Shown here piece after piece: positions 10,561 through 19,528 of a stretch of 64,000 bases of DNA. Every line of letters begins with the position of its first letter. The first letter of the stretch is position 1. The position numbers and the translations under genes were made by a program. This stretch comes from Candidatus Dojkabacteria bacterium (GTDB lineage: Bacteria > Patescibacteriota > Dojkabacteria > B142 > OLB20). The stretch is from NCBI GenBank assembly GCA_030583785.1, contig CP129475.1:351559-415558 (forward strand), given 5' to 3'. The notes beneath the pieces were generated by a model, which made no database searches, had not been told where the DNA came from, and worked only from the letters and a program-made list of their open reading frames with translations.

Positions 10561-12616
10561 TTCGTGAAGAACTTACAATTATTATGTAGAATGCGTCGCC
10601 ATTTCCATGAATTGTATTCTTTTTTGCTTCTTGATGGTCCATTTCCAAATGGTTAGCAAATCCTGATGCGAACTCGTATTCTCTAATATTTGGATTATAC
10701 AAGAAAAACAGCCTGTCTATACGACCATATTCTATTGGTGAAAGTATAGGTGATTCATTTTCATCTAATTCACCTCTCAATACTGGTCCACTATCTAGAA
10801 TCCTTAAGGCAGGTACTTCATTCTGCAACACATATATTCCGCGTTCTTGCAAACTGGTCAATAAGTCTCGTAATACTTTTGGACTTGTTATAGAACCTCT
10901 AATATGGCCATATGCTCCATATGAAAGTACCATCGGCTTCAGACGTAGATTAAGATTATTCGGGTCATCAATATTTTGACCCTTGCTTGCTAGGTAATTT
11001 CTTAACTTATCCGTAAAAATAGATGCCAAATCTTCTTGTTCTAGGCCTTCTATTACCTGTGCAATGCTATCGGCTATACTGATAGATTCTGTTTTTGTAA
11101 CCAAATCTAAAAGATCATCAATTTGTTTGATAATAGCTAATCTGTCTGAGTCATCCGTCACATCAGTACGATCCAAGAAATAATTCATGGCGTCCTTAAA
11201 AGAAGTTCCAATATTTCTATGCGCAATTGCCTTGAAAACGCTTAGCAGATTTGCAGCATTAGGAAACCTTCCCTGCAATTCATCTAATGAATAGCCCGCC
11301 TTTTCTAATGCAGGATTTGGTTTTCCGCTTTTAACTGCACCTAACAGGTTTTTTACTCTTACAATTTTTCTATCAAGTAAGTTGGTTTCTGCAATTGTAA
11401 GAAGTTCCTCAGAGAACAAATCGTCTAAACCTCTGACAATAACAGCCATTCCTAGCTCTTCCATGTATTCCTTTGTATCATTAAGCGGTAGAGCTTCGCT
11501 TCCTGGAAGATCAACATTTGGTGTTAATGATCTTTCTCTCAACAAACGGAGCAACTTCTCTTGTTGATAAATATCTGGAAGATCGAGTTCGGCATTCGGA
11601 TTAATGAGCTTACTTACAGGAAGAGAAGAGCGCACATAAAAGATTGTATCATCGGCTTCCGCAAGCTTTCTTTCGGCTTCCTCTATTGCACTAATATCAC
11701 CATCAAAACGAGCAAGATCTAAGATAATTTTGCATTTCTGAATATTTCTAAGATGCGCTTCTAAATCAGAAGGGCTCATTACCTGATCAAATCCTATTCT
11801 TTCTCGCGTAAGCTCCTCAGAGGCAAGTTCACCTGGTTGCAACATCATTTCTTCTGCTCGAATTGCATTGTATTTTTTTTCTGTAAGGGTAGCTACGGCA
11901 ATCTTTTTACCAGTGTATTCTCTAATACACTCCAGACTGCCATCAAACGCAGCCATCATTTCAGAATTCCCGTTTTCATCCATAAAAATCATGCGCATGA
12001 AATTGTACCTAGCAAGAGAGTTTTCAAACTCAAAAACTCTTTCCATCAGCACTTGGTCAAGAACATCTTCTGGTAGCTGATCAGCAATATCTAAAAATGC
12101 ATCAGGTAAAGCAGCCATATCAATCTGCAATCCCCAGTTGACAAAATTACCCTCTGGATCATTGCCTGCTGCATATGCCATATCTTGTCCACTAACTTCT
12201 CGCTCTCTTTGAACCAAACGGTTGTAAGCCCGGGCATAACGGTTAATAGACCTTGTTATCGAAGACAGCACGCTTTCTGGGTACTCGACTACACCTTTAC
12301 CTGACTCTCTGTCCTCTTGCTCATGTTTGAAAGAATCTGGAACAAGATCCCCATTTTTTAGCATTTTATATGCTGGTATTCTGTCATTAGTAACAATTGG
12401 ATTTAATACAACCGCTTGAACTCTATTCGCCTCAAGGAATGCTCGAGCATGTTCAATTGTGAATTCTGCGGGCTGAAGAGGTTCATTACCTGCTAATAGT
12501 CTTTCGTCTAACATTGATTCTTCATAAAAAATAAAAAACCTCCCTTGCGGGAGGTTGATTTGTAAAACATATTTCTTTGAACTAATTAACCTCCCGTGCA
12601 GAATTAGCCCATACAA
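10544..12616 (-). CDS. Large conserved protein of unknown function, first gene of the operon. The track start is a TTG; ATG 12514 (MLDERLL...) is the more probable start.
   Basis: 690-aa ORF with no recognisable catalytic signature. The first 34 codons overlap a hairpin and T-run structure, so they are more likely 5' leader than coding. Confidence 0.7.
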   Translation of the reverse strand: MYGLILHGRLISSKKYVLQINLPQGRFFIFYEESMLDERLLAGNEPLQPAEFTIEHARAFLEANRVQAVVLNPIVTNDRIPAYKMLKNGDLVPDSFKHEQEDRESGKGVVEYPESVLSSITRSINRYARAYNRLVQREREVSGQDMAYAAGNDPEGNFVNWGLQIDMAALPDAFLDIADQLPEDVLDQVLMERVFEFENSLARYNFMRMIFMDENGNSEMMAAFDGSLECIREYTGKKIAVATLTEKKYNAIRAEEMMLQPGELASEELTRERIGFDQVMSPSDLEAHLRNIQKCKIILDLARFDGDISAIEEAERKLAEADDTIFYVRSSLPVSKLINPNAELDLPDIYQQEKLLRLLRERSLTPNVDLPGSEALPLNDTKEYMEELGMAVIVRGLDDLFSEELLTIAETNLLDRKIVRVKNLLGAVKSGKPNPALEKAGYSLDELQGRFPNAANLLSVFKAIAHRNIGTSFKDAMNYFLDRTDVTDDSDRLAIIKQIDDLLDLVTKTESISIADSIAQVIEGLEQEDLASIFTDKLRNYLASKGQNIDDPNNLNLRLKPMVLSYGAYGHIRGSITSPKVLRDLLTSLQERGIYVLQNEVPALRILDSGPVLRGELDENESPILSPIEYGRIDRLFFLYNPNIREYEFASGFANHLEMDHQEAKKNTIHGNGDAFYIIIVSSSRNAKAA
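12515..12600 (-). promoter_or_regulatory. Candidate transcription attenuator or leader (terminator/antiterminator)
   Basis: The minus strand reads ...ACGGGAGGTTAATT...(about 34 nt)...AACCTCCC GCAA GGGAGGTT TTTTATTTTTT, followed by ATG 12514. The middle segment can pair with either flanking GGGAGGTT copy. The 3' pairing, followed by the U-run, forms an intrinsic terminator. Confidence 0.45.
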
Positions 12617-12812
12617 AAATGAGCATAAAAATATAAAAGAGGTTTTGGTTCACAGAAATTTTAGACATGCGGTTTTTATAACACAGATATATTTATATGG
12701 CAAGAAAAAAAGTAAAAAATCCAAAGTGGAGTAGGGTAGAACATGCCAATACTAACCGAAACATAACCGAATAAAATCCTCCCCGTACGACGACCTATAA
12801 TTATCAATATCC

Positions 12813-12846
12813 TTGATGTATTTTTTATCGTGATTTTTGTTATAAT
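12813..12846 (+). promoter_or_regulatory. Putative promoter of tRNA-Ser
   Basis: An extended -10 (TGtTATAAT) lies at 12838-12846, about 19 nt upstream of the mature tRNA 5' end. A TTGATG -35-like element lies at 12813-12818, with a long spacer. Confidence 0.35.
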
Positions 12847-12864
12847 TCATAACCTACTTAAAAA

Positions 12865-12954
<90 letters not shown>

Positions 12955-13006
12955 TAACTATTTTGCAGAAGCTACTTTCTGTTCTCAGATTTTTAGATTT
13001 ATATTT

Positions 13007-13669
13007 ATGAATAAGGCTACTAAAGGCATAGTAACCAGAGTTAGAAATACATTTTCACCTGAGTCACTAATATTTCTTTCGATAATCTTCGTTCTCGCAC
13101 TTTTACATTATTTTTATCATGACATTTTTGTTCTTGGTCATAGCAACAGCATTTTCTACCTCGACGAAGAGTTTTCTCTAGGTACGCTTTTTTCATGCAT
13201 ATTTGCATCATTCGGCGCCTTACTCGCCTTAAAACACTTTAGACACACTAAAGCAATAAGTAGCCTAGTCTGGTCAATTTTATTATTTGGGTTGTGCCTA
13301 GATGAATATCTTTCTATTCACGAGTATCTCAACGAGCTTATAAAACGAATCAGCAATCAAGAGTCCCTGTTTGTAAACATGGCGCATTATTCTTGGGTAA
13401 TCAGTTTTGGAATAGGACTTGCTGGAATTTTGTTTATATTCTTTATACAGCAACTTCGCTCAACAAAATCCAGAGCACACAAAAATCTGCTTATTGCAGC
13501 TGTAATTTGTTACAGTTTGGTTTTACCTCTAGAGGTTTTTGGTGGTCAAAGGTTTGGTAGAGAATCATACATTTATTTCATTCTAGTTGAAGAAGTTCTA
13601 GAAATGCTTGGTACCGTATTTCTGGTTGAGTTATTCATTCGTAAAAATGCAGAAGAAAGCATCGCTTAA
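13007..13669 (+). CDS. Hypothetical polytopic membrane protein
   Basis: 220 aa with several hydrophobic helices (LIFLSIIFVLALL, LFSCIFASFGALLAL, VISFGIGLAGILFIFFI...). Confidence 0.6.
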   Translation: MNKATKGIVTRVRNTFSPESLIFLSIIFVLALLHYFYHDIFVLGHSNSIFYLDEEFSLGTLFSCIFASFGALLALKHFRHTKAISSLVWSILLFGLCLDEYLSIHEYLNELIKRISNQESLFVNMAHYSWVISFGIGLAGILFIFFIQQLRSTKSRAHKNLLIAAVICYSLVLPLEVFGGQRFGRESYIYFILVEEVLEMLGTVFLVELFIRKNAEESIA

Positions 13670-14027
13670 CGATATTGTTGCTATTATTCATAACTTCAAT
13701 GAAAAGAGAGGTTGGGAATCAAACGATCCAAACCAACTAATTAGTTCTATCCTAATTGAACTTGCAGAGCTTGCAGAACATTTCCAATGGAAGGACCATT
13801 ATCCAGAATTATCAAAAGAAGAAAGGGTAAGCCTTGGATACGAATTTGTTGATGTAATCTTTTACCTATTTCGCTTGGCAGACAAAGCAGGTGTTGATAT
13901 TGAAGCAAGTTTCTTTTCCAAATTGCCTCTACTTGAAAAAAAGTTCCCCATTGGTCAGACAGATGATGAGCATTTCAAGATCAAGAAAGATTACCGCCAA
14001 ACCGGAAAGAACCGTCTCTACAGGTAG
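13647..14027 (+). CDS. MazG-like nucleotide pyrophosphohydrolase (small all-alpha NTP-PPase)
   Basis: MQKKASLNDIV...ERGWESNDPNQLISSILIELAELAEHFQWK...EFVDVIFYLFRLADKAGVDIE. The EExxE/D motif pattern is typical of the MazG/dCTPase-like family. The track ORF starts upstream at 13608 and overlaps the previous gene. Confidence 0.6.
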   Translation: MQKKASLNDIVAIIHNFNEKRGWESNDPNQLISSILIELAELAEHFQWKDHYPELSKEERVSLGYEFVDVIFYLFRLADKAGVDIEASFFSKLPLLEKKFPIGQTDDEHFKIKKDYRQTGKNRLYR

Positions 14028-14115
14028 ATTCAATAGTTACTCTCACAATATCACTTGATAAAATCGGATATTAAAGGTAGAGTAGTATTACTCCCCAGTT
14101 TAAAACGCACATATC

Positions 14116-15009
14116 TTGTCTGTTCCAGATCTACAAAAGTTTACGGCAAAGATGATCAATTCGCTGCAATTACTAACCGCGATTCTAGATTCATTGCCTC
14201 AATGTGTTCGAATTAAAATGGATGGCAAAGAAATATATAAGAATAGTCATCCACATAAAGATAAAACTACATTTATTACAAGAACTATTCCTGATTTTCC
14301 AGAACTAACCCTAGAGATTGAGGATTTTACAAAAATTGATTCCATAATTGACAAACGAATTTTTGACATTTTGAGTCATCAACTAAGAACGCCCCTAACT
14401 TCAATTAACTGGTACAGCGAGATACTAAATGAAAAAGAGCACAACTCACAGGAGGCTCAAGAAATACAAAAATCCGCCAGAAACATGACACGAATCGTTG
14501 CAGATCTACTCTTATCTATAGACCTTGAATTAGGGACATATAGGGTAGAGAACACGAAGAATAATTTGAGAGATTCGATATTATTGGCAATCAGGAATCT
14601 AGACTACAAAGATAAGATCGTTAATATCAGGATGAGTTCAAAAAAATCCGAGAACTACTTTGTCAACTGCGATAAAAAACTTCTTGAAGCGAGTTTATAC
14701 CACATAATGCAGAATTCAATTGATCATTCGACAAAAAATAAGGTGGAGATTCGGCTTGACCTTCATAAAGAAAGTAACAACTGCGCATCACTCACAATCA
14801 AAGATGATGGTACACCTCTCACATCAATGGACTTGCAGACCCTGTCGAGTAGATATTCTAGAGGAGAGGAGTCTAGGTTCTCTGTTCCGAATGGTAGCGG
14901 ACTAGGGCTATATATCGTTTCCAACTTTATGCGCCTTTCACAAGGCAAGCTTGAAATTTCAGCAAACAAAGAAATTGGATGGAGCGTTACACTTTCCTTT
15001 ACAACTTGA
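14116..15009 (+). CDS. Sensor histidine kinase, soluble with no TM segment
   Basis: 297 aa. It has an H-box (SHQLRTPLTSINWYSEIL), an N-box (YHIMQNSIDHS) and a G-box (NGSGLGLYIVSNFMRLSQGKLEI). No hydrophobic helices are visible. Confidence 0.8.
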   Translation: MSVPDLQKFTAKMINSLQLLTAILDSLPQCVRIKMDGKEIYKNSHPHKDKTTFITRTIPDFPELTLEIEDFTKIDSIIDKRIFDILSHQLRTPLTSINWYSEILNEKEHNSQEAQEIQKSARNMTRIVADLLLSIDLELGTYRVENTKNNLRDSILLAIRNLDYKDKIVNIRMSSKKSENYFVNCDKKLLEASLYHIMQNSIDHSTKNKVEIRLDLHKESNNCASLTIKDDGTPLTSMDLQTLSSRYSRGEESRFSVPNGSGLGLYIVSNFMRLSQGKLEISANKEIGWSVTLSFTT

Positions 15010-15048
15010 ACTTGTCAGAATTTATCTAAGTGTGTAGTATGAATTTAT

Positions 15049-15459
15049 ATGAAACCCTATTCAATATTAATAGTCGAAGATGAAGCTCCATTAAACAAGG
15101 CTCTGGTTTCCAGATTCTTAAATCTTGGTTATACAGTTTATGAATCAAATAATGGAACAGACGCTCTTAAACTAGCCTTTGAACACAAACCCACAGTTAT
15201 TCTTCTTGATCTTAATATGCCTAAAATGGATGGGGTAACTTTCCTAGAATATCTTCGCGAAGACAGTTGGGGGAAAACCGCCTTGGTTCTTGTCTTAACC
15301 AATTTAGATCCAGCTCCAGAAATGATTGAAAGTCTCTCTGTAACTAAGCCAGCCTACTACTTGGTAAAAGCAGAGTGGGAACTCACTGATATCGTCACAA
15401 AGGTCGAAGAAATAATATCTACGAACTTAGATTCACCCGAAACAGAACCCCAAGTCTAG
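15049..15459 (+). CDS. Single-domain response regulator (CheY-like receiver only)
   Basis: 136 aa: ILIVEDEAPLNKAL...ILLDLNMPKMDG...LVLVLTN. There is no output domain. Confidence 0.8.
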   Translation: MKPYSILIVEDEAPLNKALVSRFLNLGYTVYESNNGTDALKLAFEHKPTVILLDLNMPKMDGVTFLEYLREDSWGKTALVLVLTNLDPAPEMIESLSVTKPAYYLVKAEWELTDIVTKVEEIISTNLDSPETEPQV

Positions 15460-15521
15460 TAAGTGCGAGAGACCAAAAAACCCCCAATAGTGCTATAATA
15501 TCACAGATATATATTGCGGTT

Positions 15522-17234
15522 ATGGCTGAACCTTTAACAGATCAAAATACTAACCATCAAGAACATTTATTTGCACCAAGAAACATTAGGGAGCTTATCG
15601 ATCATTTCCTAGAAGCAGGCAAAACCATTACATCTGCAGACTCCATTTACAGTGTGTATGACCATGCCCAAGTGATGATTAATTTCATCAAAACTAATGA
15701 CGGGAAAATAATCGAGGCGGAGGAGCTGGCAATAGTCATATCTGGTATTATAAAACTTAATAGTGAACGAACCCAAAATAATGATTCAGATTCTTGGATC
15801 CAGAATTATATCCATTCGGTAGGTTCTCTCAGAGATGAAGATTCAAAACATACTGCATATTATGCTCTGGGGATTGCACTTGCGAAAGAACAGGCCAAGT
15901 TATGTGTTGAAGGATGGAAATGCAAGTATCTTGATCCTCAAATTCCCCTAGCTGAACACAATTCTCGTCTTGGTATTACACAACAAGAGGTATCTGATCT
16001 GATATTAGGCCAAGTTCCAATCCCAAATGAGAAACTAATGGATTTCAGATTGCCAGTGTTTGCAGACATAATATTACAGGTATTAAACGAAAATGATCTT
16101 GAGGCAATTCGTCTTCTTGCTCTCGAGAATCTAGCATCGCTTACTCTTGCAGACGAAAGGAATCCTAGACTTAACTGGATGAATGCACAAGAGGCACTCG
16201 GCATGCATTCAACTATGATGGAGATGCTCGGCGAGGATGGTTTAGCCATGGAACTTAGAAACAGAGCTCTCATGCAACTCGTACCAGAGCATTTCTTGCA
16301 AAAAGCTTTAGATCATATTTCTTCTGTAGAAGAACTTTACCAAAAATCGAATAGAATTAACGCCATTTTGAAAGATTCATGGAAAAAGACTATGAACAGG
16401 TTACAACTAACAGAAGCTGGAATTCACATACAAACCAGAATCAAAACAGTTGGCTCCATTGCAGAGAAACTTAGGACAGGCAGACATATTTCTGATCTAA
16501 TTGCATCTCGTGTTATTGTACCTGAACATAACGAACCAGCTCTTCTTGTAGCAGATTATGTTATGAGTTTAATTAGTTCAATAAATCGAATACCAGATCT
16601 AAGAGAGCAAGTTGAGTTCGAACATCCAAAAGGCGAGGCTCCCATTACTATCAATTACGGAAGTCGGTTAGATATTGAAAGAGCACTAGAACATATCAAG
16701 AGTTATTTTTATATTCGTAAAGAATCAATCCAACAAACTGAAACAGGCTTTAGAATTGAGTATCAAGCAAGAGGCAGAACCATTATAATCGAGTTATCTA
16801 CGGCCAGAACACCTAGAATACCAGGTTACGAAGACCAAATTGGTTACCAAGCTGCGCATATAGTTACAAAATTTGCTGATCAAAAGTGTTTCGAAATGCA
16901 AGTAGTCGATAGATTTGCACATGATAACAATACACATGGCTATCCTTCACATGCATTATATAAAGCAGCACTTTCAGCTGGAACAACTGGTGATAAGTCA
17001 GAAACGCAAAGTTTCGTAGATGAATTTCTAGAAAGAACGAAAGATATCAATCAAAGAAAAGCAATGCTTTATACTGAGGATTCAGGTAATAGGCGTAACC
17101 CACGATGGCTAAGAGTTGTTACTCTACAACAATTACAAAGCTTATTATTGGAGCACAATTCTCAAATTCCAAACTCAGTAATTGCAAGACTTTGTCCAGC
17201 TGATTATCAAATAATCACAGGGCAACAACTATAA
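15522..17234 (+). CDS. RelA/SpoT-homologue (RSH) protein with a (p)ppGpp-synthetase-type nucleotidyltransferase domain and a divergent N-terminal region; it lacks the TGS/ACT C-terminal domains
   Basis: 570 aa. The SYNTH G-loop is RIKTVGSIAEKLRTGR, followed by DLIASRVIV. A ...CFEMQVVDRFAHDNNTHGYPSHALYKAA segment aligns to the EIQIRT...MH..AE.G.AAHW.YK motif of Rel/RelA. An unusually long insertion of about 100 aa lies between these motifs. Confidence 0.6.
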   Translation: MAEPLTDQNTNHQEHLFAPRNIRELIDHFLEAGKTITSADSIYSVYDHAQVMINFIKTNDGKIIEAEELAIVISGIIKLNSERTQNNDSDSWIQNYIHSVGSLRDEDSKHTAYYALGIALAKEQAKLCVEGWKCKYLDPQIPLAEHNSRLGITQQEVSDLILGQVPIPNEKLMDFRLPVFADIILQVLNENDLEAIRLLALENLASLTLADERNPRLNWMNAQEALGMHSTMMEMLGEDGLAMELRNRALMQLVPEHFLQKALDHISSVEELYQKSNRINAILKDSWKKTMNRLQLTEAGIHIQTRIKTVGSIAEKLRTGRHISDLIASRVIVPEHNEPALLVADYVMSLISSINRIPDLREQVEFEHPKGEAPITINYGSRLDIERALEHIKSYFYIRKESIQQTETGFRIEYQARGRTIIIELSTARTPRIPGYEDQIGYQAAHIVTKFADQKCFEMQVVDRFAHDNNTHGYPSHALYKAALSAGTTGDKSETQSFVDEFLERTKDINQRKAMLYTEDSGNRRNPRWLRVVTLQQLQSLLLEHNSQIPNSVIARLCPADYQIITGQQL

Positions 17235-17309
17235 GATACACAATCTCAAGCTGCATAATGTCCCCTAGTAATTACGGGGCGTTGTAAAATCTCTTGAAAA
17301 AGGATAATC

Positions 17310-18569
17310 TTGTATAAGATCAAGTTTAATACTATGCGTAAACCTAGCAAAATTATCCTGCTCCTATTACTCAGTTTTCTAATTGCATCACCAGTATTTG
17401 CGCAGAGTTTGGATTCAAGTAATTATTCTATATTGGATGCCACGGTTGATAGTGGAGGAGGTCAAATGACAAGCACAAATTATGCTGGTGTAATTTCTGT
17501 AGGCAACCCAACGGCAGACACTAGAATGACAAGTGGTAGTTATGCCTTGGGCTCTGGATTTCCAAATGGCATACAAGCAAATGTTCCAGAACTGATCTGT
17601 TTTGAAACCGACACTGATTCAAACTCAACCTTATGTCAAAGCTTTCCAAATGCAAATGGAGCACAAGGAGAATGCGGTTATCCGGGCTGTTACGATCGAG
17701 CAAAATTAGAAATCGACCCCTCAGCCAATCCTGTTGACACATTATATTTAATAAGAATCGAAGACCTTGAAACCAACACAATTTATTATCTACAAAGTGA
17801 TCACACTCTCGATACAACATACGAAATTGCCGACTTTTTTACTAAATGTTCCCTTGAAGGTTTTGATGCCAACGACCCTGACTGCGATGAAGATACTGAT
17901 CCCAACTGGGACGAAACCCTGCAAAGATACAATGTTTTTGGTTTAGAACCAGACAGAGAGTATTCTGTATCTGTAAGTGCACTAAGCGGAGACTACACTG
18001 GCTCTGCATTCAGCGAACCTCTTAACTCAACAACAGAAAGCCCTTCCATACTATTTGACCTTGATGTGTCCGAAACTGATTCCAATTCGGACAGCCCTTA
18101 CGAGCTTGATCTGGGCGAGTTAATATATGTAGCAGTGACTACTGCACCGGCTAGGATCTGGGTGGATCTAAATACCAATGCAGTGAATGGTGCAAATATC
18201 TATATAAGAAGTGCCAATGGTGCACTTGTATCCAACCAAACAGGAGAAACTATTCCTTCAGAGACAGAAGACCTCGCCCTCGATAGTAATGCGAACGGAG
18301 GTTATGGAATTAAAGTCGATTCTGTCACGCAGACAGAACTCGGCCCATTGCTTGCAAATAGTTTATACGATACAACTGGTGCCCAAGAAGTGGGTGTATT
18401 ATCAATCAATAATACATTACTATTCTACACAGAAAGCTTGAACAACAACTCTGGTCCCATTCTTCAAGGAAGAGGTGGAGTTGCAGTTAAAGCCAGATCG
18501 TCCATTACCGACATTGCATCTGGTGATCTTAACGATCAATTGACTTTTATTTGCATAGGAAACTATTGA
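17310..18569 (+). CDS. Secreted protein, hypothetical
   Basis: 419 aa. There is a signal peptide after an internal Met (MRKPSKIILLLLLSFLIASPVFAQS), so the probable start is ATG 17334. It is Cys-containing and rich in D/N/T. Confidence 0.6.
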   Translation: MYKIKFNTMRKPSKIILLLLLSFLIASPVFAQSLDSSNYSILDATVDSGGGQMTSTNYAGVISVGNPTADTRMTSGSYALGSGFPNGIQANVPELICFETDTDSNSTLCQSFPNANGAQGECGYPGCYDRAKLEIDPSANPVDTLYLIRIEDLETNTIYYLQSDHTLDTTYEIADFFTKCSLEGFDANDPDCDEDTDPNWDETLQRYNVFGLEPDREYSVSVSALSGDYTGSAFSEPLNSTTESPSILFDLDVSETDSNSDSPYELDLGELIYVAVTTAPARIWVDLNTNAVNGANIYIRSANGALVSNQTGETIPSETEDLALDSNANGGYGIKVDSVTQTELGPLLANSLYDTTGAQEVGVLSINNTLLFYTESLNNNSGPILQGRGGVAVKARSSITDIASGDLNDQLTFICIGNY

Positions 18570-18570
18570 T

Positions 18571-19449
18571 ATGAACAAACTGACGATTGTTTTTTCTGTT
18601 CTTGCCTTGCTTTTTTCGAGTTTCGCTACAAAAGCTACTGCTCAAGAAGTAAGCGGTCTTCTTGTTTCGCCTGCTGTAACAATTGTTCAAGAGGAGGATC
18701 TTGGAAGCACAGTCGGCATCAAACTAGTTAATAATAGCTCAAGCGAAGTAACAATCAAGCCGACAATTAAGACTGTCGAAAGAGGAGAGGACGGAAAAGT
18801 AATCAACATTGAAGACGGTAGTCAAGACTCAATACTTGATTTCTCAACTGAAATAATAACCCTTACCCCTTCTGGTGAATATACTCTTCCTGTCAGAATT
18901 AAAATCGAAGAATACTCAGGTTCTGGATATCCTGCAGTTGCATTTACCTTGCTTTCAGAAAAGGGTGACCAAACTGTTGACATAACAAAAGAGTTGTATA
19001 GCGTTTTTCTTATCCAGAATATTAAGGGGAACCTAGGGATAGATAGTTCCATAGAAGTCAACTCAAAACCCATTTTAATCTCTCCCGAACTCACTATTTC
19101 GGGTCAAGTAATCAACTCTGGTACGAAATTCTTTAACCCTAGCGGGACCATGCGATTGTATAAAGGAAAGACATTAATCAACGAGCAGCAGATAACGACT
19201 CAAATTGAAGGTCTATTATTTGCTTCGCAACAGAAACCATTTAGTTCAGTAATACAGTTACCAGGAAACATTTTAGAAAGGCTAGGTGAGTATACACTAG
19301 AAACCAGAATCCAGCCGTCACCTTTTGATCAAACTCATGTTACAAAGGTTCATTTCTACCATGTACCGGTTGAATATTTTGCAATTATTATCCCCATTCT
19401 GTTAATTACCATTCTTTCTGTAAGCTTACTAAAAGGTAAAAAAAGATAG
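18571..19449 (+). CDS. Secreted protein with a C-terminal TM anchor and basic tail, hypothetical
   Basis: 292 aa. N-terminal signal MNKLTIVFSVLALLFSSFATKATA and a C-terminal AIIIPILLITILSVSLLKGKKR. Confidence 0.6.
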   Translation: MNKLTIVFSVLALLFSSFATKATAQEVSGLLVSPAVTIVQEEDLGSTVGIKLVNNSSSEVTIKPTIKTVERGEDGKVINIEDGSQDSILDFSTEIITLTPSGEYTLPVRIKIEEYSGSGYPAVAFTLLSEKGDQTVDITKELYSVFLIQNIKGNLGIDSSIEVNSKPILISPELTISGQVINSGTKFFNPSGTMRLYKGKTLINEQQITTQIEGLLFASQQKPFSSVIQLPGNILERLGEYTLETRIQPSPFDQTHVTKVHFYHVPVEYFAIIIPILLITILSVSLLKGKKR

Positions 19450-19528
19450 CCAATAACCTCTAAAAACTTGACCAGTGTTCAGGTTTTCTCTACACTTTTA
19501 ACAAGCACTACTATTATTTAGAAGCCTT

